A stretch of 41,461 nt of DNA from a virus. The stretch lies in the IMG/VR virus record IMGVR_UViG_3300032144_000027. The stretch is one strand, 5' to 3'. Numbering within the stretch: position 1 is the stretch's first letter; each line of letters opens with the position of its first letter. The notes beneath the pieces are model-generated. The model did no database searches and had not been told where the DNA came from. It saw nothing but the letters and a program-made list of their open reading frames with translations. The translations under genes and the position numbers were made by a program. Positions 16,064 to 25,915 of this stretch are shown here, piece by piece.

Positions 16064-17662
16064 ATGCCTTTCGGTCGTAGCACAGCTCAGCGCCGGGTGT
16101 CACAAATCAGGTCCCTTATGGCCCCTCTTGGTGGCATAAACGACATTGATCCTCTGGCCAATATGGGGGAGGAGTTCTGCATCCAGTTGCTCAACTGGGT
16201 CCCAGGCAACGCTGCTCTGCAAGCGCGACAGGGCTATCGCGAGTGGGTGACGGGCTTGACCCTGCCAGTTAAGACTCTCATGCAGTATAACAAGATGGAT
16301 GGGGAGTTTAGCCTCTTCGCCGCTACTGACGTGGGTATATACGATGTCACCGTCTCAGGGAGTGTCCCTATTCTTTCTAAAGCAGTCACTCAGGGTTACT
16401 TCAAATACATCAACTTTGGCAATGTCGCTAATCAGTATCTGGTGGCTGTCAACGGCACTACTGATCCATCACTTCTGTACGACGGCACAAGCTGGATTGA
16501 GATGACACAGAGCCCGACCCCCACCGCCCCCGGTGAGATCAAGGGCGTGGACCCTAACAGTTTTTCGCATGTGATGTCATTCCAGCGGCGCCTGTGGTTC
16601 GTCCAGGATAGTTCTATGACGGCATGGTATCTTCCTATAGATGCCACGGCTGGAGAGGCCAAACCTTTCTATTTGACCAGCGTGTTCAAGCGCGGCGGCA
16701 AGCTTCTGTACATCGTCGACTGGACAGTGGACGCTGGTGATGGCTTGGATAACAAGCTCATCTTTGTTTCTAGCACGGGCGAGATCGCCATCTACGCTGG
16801 CACGGACCCCGACAATGCTTCTACCTGGAGCTTGCAGGCCGTCTTCTTCATGGGCCGTCCCATGGGGGAACGCTCGTTCACGGAGTTCGGTGGCGACGTG
16901 TTTATAAACACGTCTTACGGTATTGTCCCCCTGTCTAAGGCTCTTGTCGGTGAGATAGCTGAGTCCCCAAACCAGCAGGCCATCTCTAAGCGCATCAACA
17001 GGACTCTTAACAGGATTATTCTGTCTAAGAAGTATCAGCTGAACTGGGAGCTCTACAACTTCCCAATGCTTCAGGCCATTATCCTCATTATACCGCCTAA
17101 CGGGCAGGAGCCGGCGCTCCAGTACGTCATGAACTCCCTGACCGGGGCGTGGACACTGCTGGATATTCCTCTGACCACTGGGATAGTGGCACGCGATACC
17201 TTCTACTTCGGTACTGTAGATGGTCGTGTCTGCCAGTACGGTAACGGGAACTATCTGGATAACGTGAAGCTTGACGGCACTGGCGGTGACGCCGTTATAT
17301 GCTCGCTGTTCAGCGCCTACAGCTACATGGGCGACCCCAGCAGCCTCAAGCACTGGAAGCTCATCCGCCCAATTTTCCAATCAGATCAGCCCCCAAGCTA
17401 TCTGGTACACCTGAACACTGATTTTGATATCGCTGCTCTGGCAGGCAACCCAGCGCCTCCGTCAGATGAGCAAACCAATCCCCTGTGGGATATTGCAATC
17501 TGGGATCAGTCATTTTGGTCTTCCTCCTACACCGTCTTTCGGCCGTGGGTGGGGGTGTCTGCTCTCGGTTTCTGTTGTGCCCTACTAATGAAGGCTGCTA
17601 CGAACGACGAGACCACACTGGTAGCCATAGAATATGTCTACGAGACGGGTGGTGCCATATGA
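16064..17662 (+). CDS. Tail tubular protein B / nozzle (T7 gp12-like)
   Basis: 532 aa. The N-terminal L(x)PLGGIND...LLNW...LQARQGY resembles the gp12 N-terminal motif. It follows the gp11-like gene. Confidence 0.55.
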   Translation: MPFGRSTAQRRVSQIRSLMAPLGGINDIDPLANMGEEFCIQLLNWVPGNAALQARQGYREWVTGLTLPVKTLMQYNKMDGEFSLFAATDVGIYDVTVSGSVPILSKAVTQGYFKYINFGNVANQYLVAVNGTTDPSLLYDGTSWIEMTQSPTPTAPGEIKGVDPNSFSHVMSFQRRLWFVQDSSMTAWYLPIDATAGEAKPFYLTSVFKRGGKLLYIVDWTVDAGDGLDNKLIFVSSTGEIAIYAGTDPDNASTWSLQAVFFMGRPMGERSFTEFGGDVFINTSYGIVPLSKALVGEIAESPNQQAISKRINRTLNRIILSKKYQLNWELYNFPMLQAIILIIPPNGQEPALQYVMNSLTGAWTLLDIPLTTGIVARDTFYFGTVDGRVCQYGNGNYLDNVKLDGTGGDAVICSLFSAYSYMGDPSSLKHWKLIRPIFQSDQPPSYLVHLNTDFDIAALAGNPAPPSDEQTNPLWDIAIWDQSFWSSSYTVFRPWVGVSALGFCCALLMKAATNDETTLVAIEYVYETGGAI

Positions 17663-18105
17663 AGACGATAGATTGCTCAACCTTGTTTTTGCCTCTGATC
17701 TGTGGTATACTTGGGTTTACACCGACCAACCTCGCGCAGTGTATCGTGTGCCTGGAGGACGGCAAGGCCATAGCCGGGGTCATCTACGACGGCTACAATG
17801 AAGTGAGCATCAGCGCCCATATTTGGGTTGATGACCAGAAGCTTCCATCCAAAGAGTGGTATGTCGCCATCTTTGACTATCCGTTCAACCGGCTGGGCAT
17901 TAAGAAGCTCATTGGCCAAGTGAATTCACACAACGAAGAGGCGTCCCGTCTGGACCAACACTTCGGGTTTATTGAAGAAGCAAGGGTAAAGGACTACTCA
18001 GAGAAGGGAGATCTCATTATCTACACCATGACGAAAGAGCAGTGTCGTATACTGAACTCTCCGGCGTGGTCAAGGGTCGTTAACTTAGTGGCGAGGGTCG
18101 CGTAA
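17659..18105 (+). CDS. GNAT-like acetyltransferase-fold protein
   Basis: Track ORF 17485..18105. The ATG at 17659 is coupled to the upstream stop (ATGA), giving 148 aa. AIFDYPFNRLGIKKLIGQVNSHNEEASRLDQHFGFIEEARVKDY...GDLIIYTMTKEQ matches the RimJ/RimL-type GNAT C-terminal pattern. Confidence 0.5.
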   Translation: MKTIDCSTLFLPLICGILGFTPTNLAQCIVCLEDGKAIAGVIYDGYNEVSISAHIWVDDQKLPSKEWYVAIFDYPFNRLGIKKLIGQVNSHNEEASRLDQHFGFIEEARVKDYSEKGDLIIYTMTKEQCRILNSPAWSRVVNLVARVA

Positions 18106-19262
18106 TGGGCGGTGGGAAGAAACAAAAGGCTCCGGCCGCGCCAGACTATGCGGCCCTGCAACAGTCGGATGCTCTAGCCAATCGGCAGACCGCTAGCGAA
18201 ATTACCCGCTGGAACCGGCCTACGCAGATTGATGCCTACGGTAACTCCATAAACTGGTCACAGGACGCAGCTGGAAACTGGACTCAGAGTCAGACGCTTA
18301 ACCCGTACTTCTCTGATGCTCAGAACACTGCTCTGTGGAACTCCATGCAGGCCAACCGAGCCGTGTCCGAGCAGGGGGCGTTCAGCGGAGGTCCAGGCTA
18401 TGAGATGGCGAACAACCGCTACTGGAACGCCATCACCAATGGCCTCCAGGGCAACCAAGGCGGCGAGTTAGCTGACTTTGCACCTGACGCTGGCGGCATT
18501 GGTGACTTCACCAATACGGCCGGTACGATCGGTAACTTCGACCGCACACAGGGTGACCAAGTCGCCAAGGACATGTTCGAGTCGGCCATGTCACGTCTTC
18601 GCCCCCAACAGGAGCAGGACACTGCCGCCATCGATGTTAAGTTGCGCCAGCAGGGTCTGCAACCGGGCACGGAGGCCTACGACCGCGCCATGAAGAACAT
18701 GACGACCTCTCAGGGGGACGTCAACGCCAAGCTGGGCTTGGACTCTACGGCGGCTGGCTATCAGGCTGCGCAGAACATCTACAACACCAACCTCGGCGGG
18801 CAGGGTCAGCGTTATCAGCAATTGCAGGGCGACTACGCTGCCAACCTCGCAGGTCAGGGTCAGCGCTTCGGCCAGCAACAGGCCGCGTATGAGACTAATC
18901 AGGGTGCTCAGCAACAGCGCTATCAACAAGGTAAAGAGTTGTTCGACGCCAACCAAGAGGAACGGTGGAAGGAATACGACCGTTCTATGACGTCACAGCA
19001 ACAGCAGTACAATCAGGCTCTGCAGAACTATACCCTCCCAATGGAGAGGGCTCAGGCGGCGGCTCAGCTATATGCTCAGTCCCCTCAGCCCAATTTCCCA
19101 GGGTTCAGCGGTGCGACTGGGTACAACCCCGCCGACATGACTGGTGCGGCTAACGCGAGCTATCAGGCCAAGATGGGTAACGCGAACGCTGGCGCCAACA
19201 AGAAGAACTCCATGCTCGGTGCAGGGACGTCTCTCGGTTCCGCCTACTTGGGGAGTAAGTAA
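18105..19262 (+). CDS. Gln/Asn/Gly-rich internal virion (ejection) protein, putative
   Basis: 385 aa with a TAATG overlap. It has internal repeats, NLGGQGQRYQQLQGDYAANLAGQGQRFGQQQAAYETNQGAQQQRYQQ. Its position corresponds to the T7 gp13-16 block. Confidence 0.55.
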   Translation: MGGGKKQKAPAAPDYAALQQSDALANRQTASEITRWNRPTQIDAYGNSINWSQDAAGNWTQSQTLNPYFSDAQNTALWNSMQANRAVSEQGAFSGGPGYEMANNRYWNAITNGLQGNQGGELADFAPDAGGIGDFTNTAGTIGNFDRTQGDQVAKDMFESAMSRLRPQQEQDTAAIDVKLRQQGLQPGTEAYDRAMKNMTTSQGDVNAKLGLDSTAAGYQAAQNIYNTNLGGQGQRYQQLQGDYAANLAGQGQRFGQQQAAYETNQGAQQQRYQQGKELFDANQEERWKEYDRSMTSQQQQYNQALQNYTLPMERAQAAAQLYAQSPQPNFPGFSGATGYNPADMTGAANASYQAKMGNANAGANKKNSMLGAGTSLGSAYLGSK

Positions 19263-19264
19263 TC

Positions 19265-19996
19265 ATGGCAGCGTTCGGCAACAACAGCAACCCCTATGCG
19301 TCTATGATGATGGCGAACGCTCTGCGCAACCGGCAGCCTGCTCAGTATCCACAAGGCGGCGGCACAGTCGGCAACGGCATGGGAGGTCTTGGGCAGTACG
19401 GTGCCAGCGCCGGTCTGCAACAGCCACAGAATCAGCAACAGCAGTCGTCTAACCCCATCAGTCCCCAGACGGCCAACAACATGATGAAGTATGCAATGAG
19501 TCTTAAGGGAGGTGGTGCCACCGGAGCAGCAGGTCAGGCAGCCATGCCTGCCATGATGCAAGGTGGCGGCAGCTCTCTCGGCGCTATGGGCCTTCAGCAA
19601 GGCTCTGTAAGCTTCCCGGGCGCGGCTGCGGCCAGCGGTGGGGGCGGAGCAGGCGCTGGCGGAGGTGGCTTTATGAGCGGTCTCAGCTCCATGTTTGGCG
19701 GGGGTGGCGGCGCGGCTGGCGGAGCAGGCGGAGGCGCGGCTAGCTCTGCTGGTGGCCTCGGCGCTCTGGCTGCCTTGGCTTACTTGGGCGACAAGGAGAT
19801 GAACGAAAGCAAGGGCAGTATCATAAACGCTGATAAGCTAAACAACATGGGCACAGTCGGCGGCAGTGGTATCGGTCTGCGCTTCGGTGATTTCGCAAAC
19901 GGCTTCAACCCAGCAACGTGGCTCAGTGATCCTAAGAAGGCGGCGAAGGGTCTCGGCAATGCCTTTACATTCGGCCTCCTCGACAAGGTGATTTAA
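19265..19996 (+). CDS. Gly-rich low-complexity internal virion protein, putative
   Basis: 243 aa containing long GGGGAGAGGGG / GGGGAAGGAGGGAASSAGG tracts. Confidence 0.55.
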   Translation: MAAFGNNSNPYASMMMANALRNRQPAQYPQGGGTVGNGMGGLGQYGASAGLQQPQNQQQQSSNPISPQTANNMMKYAMSLKGGGATGAAGQAAMPAMMQGGGSSLGAMGLQQGSVSFPGAAAASGGGGAGAGGGGFMSGLSSMFGGGGGAAGGAGGGAASSAGGLGALAALAYLGDKEMNESKGSIINADKLNNMGTVGGSGIGLRFGDFANGFNPATWLSDPKKAAKGLGNAFTFGLLDKVI

Positions 19997-19997
19997 C

Positions 19998-21218
19998 ATG
20001 GACTTCGTCGGTGACTACAGAGCTAAGCAGCGTCTTGCTGAGCAGCTACGCGCTCGCCAGAAAGCTATGCTTGGCGCCGAGATCGATACTGGCCCTCTGG
20101 TCACTCAGGCCAGCGGCGCGTTCCCAGGGCAAGTCCAAGCCAACCCGTGGGGCAACCTCGCTAAGCTGGGTACGGCGTACTTTGCGAACCAAGCAGGCCG
20201 GAAAGCGGAGACCGCTGAGGAAGAAGCGCAGGCTGCGCGGCTGGAAGCCCTCCAAGGGATCATGGGAGGCGGTGCTGGTGCGCAAGGCGCGGGCGGTAGC
20301 CCCGGCCAACCCGGTGGAATGGGCGGTGGCGCGCAAGTTTTGACCCCAGAACGCGCCATGCAGCTCCAAGAGCTCGGTGTGGACTCCGGCATCATCAAAT
20401 CCCTCATGCCAAAGCAAGATGCCATCGGTGCTCTGGCCCAAGCGGCAGGTACTCGCCAAGGGCGAGCGTTCCTTGTCACCGCTGGCAAGATGACACAAGA
20501 GCAGAAGGAAGGCATAGACGCCGACGAGGCTGCCGGTAAGCTGGAAGAGATGAAGGCCAAGCAGGACAATTACCTGTTTGAGCAGCGTAACAAGACCTTC
20601 GCCCCAACGCAGGGTCGCGGAGAGACTGAGATCGAGTTTGCCCAGCGTGACCCAGAGGGGTATGCGAAGTACGTCGCTCAGAAGGCCAAGGCCAAGGGCG
20701 GCGAGGGAGGCGGCATGTACGAGAAGGAGTTCGCACGCAATCAGGCCAAGCAAGACGTCGCCCTTATCGGGGGCGCCCCCAAACTCGAGCTTGGCGTCAA
20801 GCGTGTGGATGAACTTATCAACGCGGATGAAAAGAACCCGTACGAGAAGGGGGCCAAGTATCGCGCTATGGACATGGTCTCCAACGCCGCCACAGGCCAG
20901 AAGGCCTCTGACTTCGACCCAGATATTCAGGTCCAAGAGCAGGCCATCCAACAGTTCCACCTCGACGCCATGGAGCAAATGCGCGGCTTCGGCCAAGTAA
21001 CTGAAAACGAACAGAAGATTATCGCCGCTACCCAATTTGACCGATACGACAGCCCTGCGGCGCGCACCAAGAAGCTGAAGGTCATCAAGGGCGCCTTACA
21101 GTCTGGCATGGATAAGGTCAAAGCGGCCAAGGAACGGGCTCGCACTGGCAAGGCTGTACTGGACGAGGGAAGCGGTACAATGACGTCTCCCGGCGGTGTT
21201 TCCTACACTGTGGAGTAA
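19998..21218 (+). CDS. Internal virion protein, putative
   Basis: 406 aa, charged and helical. It is tightly packed in the ejection-protein block. Confidence 0.55.
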   Translation: MDFVGDYRAKQRLAEQLRARQKAMLGAEIDTGPLVTQASGAFPGQVQANPWGNLAKLGTAYFANQAGRKAETAEEEAQAARLEALQGIMGGGAGAQGAGGSPGQPGGMGGGAQVLTPERAMQLQELGVDSGIIKSLMPKQDAIGALAQAAGTRQGRAFLVTAGKMTQEQKEGIDADEAAGKLEEMKAKQDNYLFEQRNKTFAPTQGRGETEIEFAQRDPEGYAKYVAQKAKAKGGEGGGMYEKEFARNQAKQDVALIGGAPKLELGVKRVDELINADEKNPYEKGAKYRAMDMVSNAATGQKASDFDPDIQVQEQAIQQFHLDAMEQMRGFGQVTENEQKIIAATQFDRYDSPAARTKKLKVIKGALQSGMDKVKAAKERARTGKAVLDEGSGTMTSPGGVSYTVE

Positions 21219-21224
21219 TGACAA

Positions 21225-22847
21225 ATGCCAAAAGTAACGGCGAACGGGAAGAAGTTTAACTTCCCAGAGGGGACCACCCCTGAGCAGATGGGCGAAGCTA
21301 TTGACAGCTACTTCGGCTCACAGGCTCCTGCGCCCGAACAACCGGCTGCTCCTACTAGAAACCCATGGGAAGGCCCAGTACCAGAGCAAACTGACCCAAC
21401 GAAGATGGACCACGGTGTACAGCAAGCGGCGCAGGAGAAAGCCTATGCCGACAAAGTGGCGAACATGGGGCAGGGAGAACGAGCTCTTTTGGGCGCGGGC
21501 GGGGCGATCCACGGCCTCGGCATTGGCGCGCAACAGATGCTGACCCAGGACCCACAGCGCAGCTGGGAGCTTGAGCAACAGGCTATCCAACAACAGCGCG
21601 CCATGAAGCCCTTGGAGGCCACTACAGCGGGCCAGATAGGCGCGATCGGTGGTAACGTGGGCGCTGCTATCCCCTTGGGCATGGCACTCGGTGCGATGGC
21701 TCCTGCGGGCGTGGCCGGGGCCATCGGCGCTGGCGTGCTGGAAGGTGGTCTTATGGGCGCTATGGCGCCGACCACCAAGCCCGGCGAGCGCGCTGAGAAC
21801 ATCGGTTACGGCGCTGGCTTCGGCGGGGCTGTTCCGGCCGCTGGCAAGGCTGTACGCTCGCTCGTTGGTGAAGGCGACGTTGCTATGCAGAAGGCCGCAG
21901 ATGTCCTCAAGCGGTACGGCGTCGGTGTCTCCAAGTCTAAGCAGGCTGGCGGCGGGCTGAACGCTGCCTCCGACTACATGATTGAAAACACCCCCATTAT
22001 GAGCAATATCGCCAAGGGCGCTGCTGATAAGAAGGTGGACAAGGTACGGGACGCGCTGTTCAACATGCTCGGCACCAACGCGCCCAAGACCAACGACGAA
22101 ATGGCCAAAATCACTGCTGACCTTGGCGCTGATATTGGCGCAATGTCCAAGGGCAAGGCTGCTCCTGTAGCTGGCATCAAGGCTGGCGTTGATGATGTGA
22201 TGAAGGAGTATCGTCAGCTGCTCCCCGCCCAGCGCAACCCACAGATTATGAAGTACGCTGCGCAGCTCAACAACATATCCAAAACGCCCGGTGTGCGGTT
22301 GAAGGGCGAGACCTACCAAGCCATCCGCAGTGACATGGCTGCCGACGCTGCCAAGGCTCCGCCTGAGCACGCCAAGGCGCTGAGGGGGATGGTCAAGGTA
22401 CTGGATGATGAGTTCGCCAAGGTGCTCTCCCCCGAGGAAGCGACCGCGTTAGCCGCCAAGAAGCAGCAGTATCGGTTAGCTCGCATCCTTGGCAAGCAGG
22501 ACATCAAGGAAGAAGCCTTTGACATCACCAAGGCTCGCACTGCCGTAGAGCGCGAGGCCAAGAAAGGCGCTGTGATGCCAGAGGCCAGAGAATTGCTACA
22601 GGCTGCCGACGTAGGCATCCCAAAAGTCAAGCCACGGGCTCTTACCAGCGGCCCGGTTCTGGCTACAGCTGGGACGGCATTAGTCAACCCAACCCTCGTA
22701 GCCAAGGCTCTTGGCGGCGCAGGCTTGTCCAAACTGCTGCTGAACACGGGGGCGCCCCAGCGTCTGGCTAACAGCCCTCTACTGAGGAAGGCAACGGCCC
22801 GCGCCTTGAAGGGCGAAATGCAACGCGAATTGAGTGATGAGGATTAA
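21225..22847 (+). CDS. Internal virion protein, putative (Ala/Gly-rich hydrophobic central segment)
   Basis: 540 aa. The central segment IGAIGGNVGAAIPLGMALGAMAPAGVAGAIGAGVLEGGLMGAMAP looks membrane-inserting. No lytic transglycosylase motif was recognised. Confidence 0.55.
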   Translation: MPKVTANGKKFNFPEGTTPEQMGEAIDSYFGSQAPAPEQPAAPTRNPWEGPVPEQTDPTKMDHGVQQAAQEKAYADKVANMGQGERALLGAGGAIHGLGIGAQQMLTQDPQRSWELEQQAIQQQRAMKPLEATTAGQIGAIGGNVGAAIPLGMALGAMAPAGVAGAIGAGVLEGGLMGAMAPTTKPGERAENIGYGAGFGGAVPAAGKAVRSLVGEGDVAMQKAADVLKRYGVGVSKSKQAGGGLNAASDYMIENTPIMSNIAKGAADKKVDKVRDALFNMLGTNAPKTNDEMAKITADLGADIGAMSKGKAAPVAGIKAGVDDVMKEYRQLLPAQRNPQIMKYAAQLNNISKTPGVRLKGETYQAIRSDMAADAAKAPPEHAKALRGMVKVLDDEFAKVLSPEEATALAAKKQQYRLARILGKQDIKEEAFDITKARTAVEREAKKGAVMPEARELLQAADVGIPKVKPRALTSGPVLATAGTALVNPTLVAKALGGAGLSKLLLNTGAPQRLANSPLLRKATARALKGEMQRELSDED

Positions 22848-22850
22848 ATA

Positions 22851-25766
22851 ATGGCTCGCAACGGTAGCGGCACCTACGTCCTTCCTCCCAGCAACCCTGT
22901 CTCTTCTGGCACGGTTATCGAATCGGACTGGGCGAATGATACAATGGCCGACCTAGCAGCGGCCTTGACACAGAGCATCGCCTATGACGGACAGACCGTT
23001 CCAATTGCCAACCTGCCGATGGGGGGCTTCCACCACACCAATTGCAGCGACGCTACAGCTCGCAACCAGTACGCCACTCTGGGCATGGTGCAGGATGGTA
23101 AGCACACTCGCGTGCAGATTGTCAGTGGTGTTGATAACCTCGTCGGTACACTCGTTGGTGGCGCCACGGGCTACGTCGCTGGATCGTTGATCACGTTCTT
23201 CGCCCCAGCGAACAACACTGGCCCTATGACGATGAACTACAACGGCATCGGTGCTCGGTCTATTGTGTCCTCTAATGGCCTGCCGCTCGTGGCTGGTAAC
23301 GTGAAGACTAACGACTTCTTGATGGCTATCTACGACGGCACCCAGTTTAAATTGATTTCTTCCGTCACCTCCACTGTGGCGGTCAACCTGCTGCAACTCG
23401 CAACCACTGGTGAAGAGCGTCCAGGGGGCGTGTCCTTCCCGGCCATGACTATCGCTACTGGGACTAGCATCAATATTCCAGCTGGAACGGCGTGGGTCGT
23501 GCCCCCTAACAGTAACGATCCAGGTGACGCCATTAAGGTGACGTGGAATGCTCAGGCGTTGACTCTGACACTGATGGCTACCAGCTTCACAACTACCATC
23601 GCGGTTAACGAGTTTGGCCAGATCGTGCAGTTCGCTGGCAAGGCTGCTGGGGCTACCCTCCGCGGCAACGCCGTCTTGGGGGTTGTAGAGCATCTCACTG
23701 GCGTCGCCAACAAGGTTATCACTAAGCCGCTCATCTTTGCTGATGATGGCTACCGCATGACTGATATCGGCACTCTTTTGTCTAACACTATCATCACTGG
23801 TGGGCTCGTTATCCCCAACAGTATTTCGCCAATGCAGATGGACATCGCGGCTGGTACGATCTTCATGCCCGGTGGTGATGCCAACACCATCAATAGCCCG
23901 AACGTCTACGCTATCCCCCAGCAGGCTAACATCCCGTTTCGCACACTGGCCGGGCAGAGCCTTGTCAGCGGCGGTACTACTGCGAACGCTCAGGTTCAGC
24001 AATACGACCCTAACGGCTCTGGTGTGGTGACCACTCTGCCGAACAACGGCGATACTGTTATTCACCGCCTGTACTACCTCTATGGGACGTACATTTGGGC
24101 CTACGGTCAGAAGATCTATACAAGCGTTGAGAACGCCCTGTCCATGATTAACTGGGACCGTTCGCAGTACGTCAAGTCTCTGTACCTTTCTGACGCTACG
24201 TTGGTGGCCGAGATCGTAGCTATCAAGAACACTACGTCGCTTGCCAACATCGCACAGGCAGCCATTGTCTGCCCCGGCGCTATCAACTTCAGCATTGGCG
24301 GTCCTGGTGGCATCACCGACGCACCAATTGATGGCACCCCTTATGGTCGGCAGGACGCAGCATGGACCAAGGTCCTGCGTCAGACCAGCCCTACTGTTCT
24401 GACGAACATGAACATCAACGGGCCTACTCCTAGCTTTTCGCAGGTGCAGAACCCCGCTGGTGCCGGTACTGTCGGTCTGTTCCACAACAGCGGAACCTTC
24501 GGGTGGTTCAGTATTGAGACCGTCAACCCTGACGATAAGACCTACTTCCGTAGTCGCAACCCTGCGAACTCGGCTCTGCGCTTCACTACTACCTACGACC
24601 TCGCGGCTGGTTCGTGGGGCTTCCCAGCGGCCATCACGGTGGCTACCGCCATCACCGCTGGTGGTGCCATCAACGCTGCTACTGTCGCCTCTACTGGCAA
24701 CATGTCGGTAGGCGGCAACCTTGGCGTCGCCGGTCAGGTTGACGTTACCAGCCCCATCATCAACGCTGGTGGTCAGGCTGTTATCCGTGGCCCAACCGTA
24801 TCGGTAGTTGACGAAATTCCACGGTGGGCCGATGTCGGCGGTAGGCTTATGAAGGTTGGCCTGAAGTACCAGACCAGCCAGCTTGATACCACTGCTGGCA
24901 GACTCTTGGTGAACGGGGCATACGGTCTTGGCGCTAGCATCGGTCTCACTGCTGGCACTAACCTGAACACCATCGTCAACTCTGGGTTCTACCGAATCCT
25001 TGGTGCTCCGGTCAATGGACCGGGCACCCCCGCCAGCGTCACTGATGGTCTGCTGCTTGTGACTCGTGGTCTGGACACCATCTCCCAGCAAGCCACAGAC
25101 TATGTATCGGGCCAGACTTGGGTTCGGGCTGGTTCTCCACCAGACGTAGGTGGCGTCGGCACTTGGGGGGCGTGGGGCGTCTGCCTTCGCGCGCAACTCG
25201 GTTATCAGACCGGGGTTTCTGACCTCAACAATCTGATAGTCCCAGGCTTCTACCAAGTCCAGCCCGGCATCCTCAATGCTCCAGAGAGCACATTTGCGGC
25301 GGTAATAGTAGAGCTGCTTGACCCCAACACGGTCATGCAGACCTACAAGTCAACCGGCCTTGTCCCTAAAGACTTCCGGCGCAACAAGTCCGGCGGCGGT
25401 TGGGGGGCGTGGTTCCAGGTTTACAGCGACTCTACTATCGCCCCTACAATGAACAGCGACTACTTTGATGCTGAGTCCCTGAGGTTCCGTAGGATCGGTA
25501 AGCAAGTATCGTTTACTGGCAAGATAGGGCGAAACACGCCGATGCTTCCTAGTGACGTGTGCTGTTTCATCCCCAATACCTACGCGCCCAACACCAACGT
25601 ATTCTGGACTGGGTTGGTGTCCTACAACAACCTAGGATCGCAGGTATGCGGCGTGCAGACAATCATAGCGAACGCGTGGATCCAGTTGGGGTTCGTCATC
25701 ACTATAGGGGGAGCCCCGGCTGGCGTCTGCAACCTTGGGATTGGGCAATCGTGGTTCGTGCCATAA
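22851..25766 (+). CDS. Tail fibre / receptor-binding protein
   Basis: 971 aa. The N-terminus MARNGSGTYVLPPSNPVSSGTVIESDWANDTMADLAAALTQSIAYDGQ is the common podovirus tail-fibre N-terminal anchor pattern. It is the last large gene of the late block. Confidence 0.8.
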   Translation: MARNGSGTYVLPPSNPVSSGTVIESDWANDTMADLAAALTQSIAYDGQTVPIANLPMGGFHHTNCSDATARNQYATLGMVQDGKHTRVQIVSGVDNLVGTLVGGATGYVAGSLITFFAPANNTGPMTMNYNGIGARSIVSSNGLPLVAGNVKTNDFLMAIYDGTQFKLISSVTSTVAVNLLQLATTGEERPGGVSFPAMTIATGTSINIPAGTAWVVPPNSNDPGDAIKVTWNAQALTLTLMATSFTTTIAVNEFGQIVQFAGKAAGATLRGNAVLGVVEHLTGVANKVITKPLIFADDGYRMTDIGTLLSNTIITGGLVIPNSISPMQMDIAAGTIFMPGGDANTINSPNVYAIPQQANIPFRTLAGQSLVSGGTTANAQVQQYDPNGSGVVTTLPNNGDTVIHRLYYLYGTYIWAYGQKIYTSVENALSMINWDRSQYVKSLYLSDATLVAEIVAIKNTTSLANIAQAAIVCPGAINFSIGGPGGITDAPIDGTPYGRQDAAWTKVLRQTSPTVLTNMNINGPTPSFSQVQNPAGAGTVGLFHNSGTFGWFSIETVNPDDKTYFRSRNPANSALRFTTTYDLAAGSWGFPAAITVATAITAGGAINAATVASTGNMSVGGNLGVAGQVDVTSPIINAGGQAVIRGPTVSVVDEIPRWADVGGRLMKVGLKYQTSQLDTTAGRLLVNGAYGLGASIGLTAGTNLNTIVNSGFYRILGAPVNGPGTPASVTDGLLLVTRGLDTISQQATDYVSGQTWVRAGSPPDVGGVGTWGAWGVCLRAQLGYQTGVSDLNNLIVPGFYQVQPGILNAPESTFAAVIVELLDPNTVMQTYKSTGLVPKDFRRNKSGGGWGAWFQVYSDSTIAPTMNSDYFDAESLRFRRIGKQVSFTGKIGRNTPMLPSDVCCFIPNTYAPNTNVFWTGLVSYNNLGSQVCGVQTIIANAWIQLGFVITIGGAPAGVCNLGIGQSWFVP

Positions 25767-25915
25767 TCATAGCGGTGGTGCTGCTCTCGGGTTGCGTTCA
25801 GAGCTTCACGAAGAACGGCACCACCGTCATGTCTTACTGCCTCATAGGCGCGGTCTACATGGACCAAACCGAGGTTACTTTAGAGGAGAAGCCGGCGGAA
25901 CATAAACCTCACTGA
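25751..25915 (+). CDS. Small lipoprotein candidate (54 aa; o-spanin-like or exclusion lipoprotein)
   Basis: A GTG at 25751 (inside track ORF 25559..25915) gives MVRAIIIAVVLLSGC, a textbook signal peptide plus LLSGC lipobox. It overlaps the tail-fibre 3' end by 16 nt. The SD is weak. Confidence 0.4.
   Translation: MVRAIIIAVVLLSGCVQSFTKNGTTVMSYCLIGAVYMDQTEVTLEEKPAEHKPH

Noticed and set aside
19600-19760. GGC/GCG-rich simple-sequence stretch as a possible non-coding repeat or G-quadruplex element
   Set aside because: It lies in frame within 19265..19996 and simply encodes the poly-Gly/Ala tract. There is no independent evidence for a DNA-level function.
22953-25256. 767-aa ORF antisense to the tail-fibre gene
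   Set aside because: It lies entirely inside the well-supported 971-aa tail-fibre frame. The product is Arg/Ser/Gly/Val-rich junk with no motifs. It has no SD or promoter context. Long antisense ORFs are expected opposite GC-rich genes that are depleted in codons whose reverse complements are stop codons.
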